A stretch of 64,000 bases of DNA, taken from positions 108,520 through 172,519 of the forward strand of contig MFPL01000002.1 of assembly GCA_001784155.1 (NCBI GenBank), in the 5' to 3' direction. The translations under genes and the position numbers were made by a program. Below the pieces are notes generated by a model. It saw only the letters and a list, made by a program, of their open reading frames with translations. It was not told the origin of the DNA and made no database searches. Below are positions 63,564 through 64,000 of the stretch, one piece after another. Position 1 is the stretch's first letter. Each line of letters starts with the position of its first letter. The stretch comes from Candidatus Levybacteria bacterium RIFCSPLOWO2_12_FULL_41_12 (GTDB lineage: Bacteria > Patescibacteriota > Microgenomatia > Levybacterales > UBA12049).

Positions 63564-63590
63564 AACAGCCGTTAGGCTGCTTTTTTTAAT
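63564..63590 (+). terminator. Intrinsic terminator (CAGCC-GUUA-GGCUG plus U8)
   Basis: AACAGCCGTTAGGCTGCTTTTTTT on the plus strand. It would end a roughly 200-nt plus-strand transcript that begins after operator copy 3. Confidence 0.5.
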
Positions 63591-63799
63591 TCAGGAGGTG
63601 CGGGCAATTCCTCATCTGACATGCTTTCGCAAGTGCCTGGAGCTGGAGCCCGACTTCCCAGGTCTTCTGAATTACAAACATTATACCACTTAATTCAAGT
63701 CTTGTCTCTTTCTCTAACCTTTTTCAACTCTTCTTGGGGTATACCGTATGGATTATGCATAATCTTACTGCTCGGAAGTCAAATTAATATTGTTCTTAA

Positions 63800-63819
63800 A
63801 TTCTCAAGAATTTGAGAAT
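63800..63819. promoter_or_regulatory. Palindromic operator-like element copy 4 (ATTCTCAAGAATTTGAGAAT)
   Basis: Perfect copy with the same extended flanks (TTAAATTCTCAAGAATTTGAGAATGATGA). Confidence 0.5.
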
Positions 63820-64000
63820 GATGAACTGGTAAACTCGAGTATTTAAGGGTAGTTCGTGTTGGGTGGGTTTTTGGGTTGGAAGGTTATGCCGACCGAAATT
63901 TGCCGAGCGGCTAAGAAAAATTAAATATTAGCCAGAATAAAGCAATTTTAACTTAATCGAGGTTCACCGAAAGCCTTGGGACCTGCTGGTTCCCAGGGAG

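Noticed and set aside
1-64000. CRISPR arrays, transposases, integrases and rRNA genes
   Set aside because: I found no regularly spaced direct repeats with unique spacers, no DDE, serine or tyrosine recombinase-like ORFs, and no rRNA-like sequence. The island at tRNA-Pro lacks an identifiable integrase or a tRNA 3'-end direct repeat.

Overview
By eye this is an AT-rich bacterial chromosomal window with small genes, many hypothetical or DUF-type proteins and N- or C-terminally extended ribosomal proteins, which suggests a reduced-genome (CPR/Patescibacteria-like) lineage. The core is one long minus-strand block of informational genes running from 59970 down to 27725. Its order is rpoB-rpoC | rpsL-rpsG | fusA | tuf-rpsJ | one inserted gene | rplC-rplD-rplW-rplB-rpsS-rplV-rpsC | rplP-rpmC-rpsQ-rplN-rplX-rplE-rpsZ-rpsH-rplF-rplR-rpsE-rplO-secY-adk, then two extra kinase-like genes, map-infA-rpmJ-rpsM-rpsK-rpsD-rpoA-rplQ-rplM-rpsI. 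The 5' third carries tdh-kbl, greA, a PPAT/DUF359 fusion, an ABC substrate-binding protein, VanW, tsaD, rmuC, an FNR-like/NqrB-like/cupredoxin-like trio, a UvrD-helicase/PD-(D/E)XK-nuclease fusion, hup, rny, recX and recA. Two RNA genes are missing from the ORF track: an RNase P RNA (rnpB, about 16469-16826, followed by a GIY-YIG nuclease) and a tRNA-Pro(GGG) at 21310-21380. Between that tRNA and rplM-rpsI lies a roughly 6 kb accessory island. It holds an OLD/AriA/PtuA-like ABC ATPase plus a GGCT/AIG2-like protein, a GC-rich 455-aa protein with a disordered N-terminus, and a JAB/MPN protein plus a single-pass membrane protein. It ends in a roughly 0.8 kb unusually GC-rich, hairpin-dense noncoding block that I could not assign to a known RNA family. 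Other recurring signals are tandem 7-nt 'TTNGAAA' repeat arrays directly upstream of highly expressed units, and a promoter plus terminator-hairpin leader in front of rplC. The 3' end carries an ArsR-family repressor surrounded by four copies of a palindromic operator, plus duplicated about 40-nt modules. I recognised no CRISPR array, transposase or integrase.
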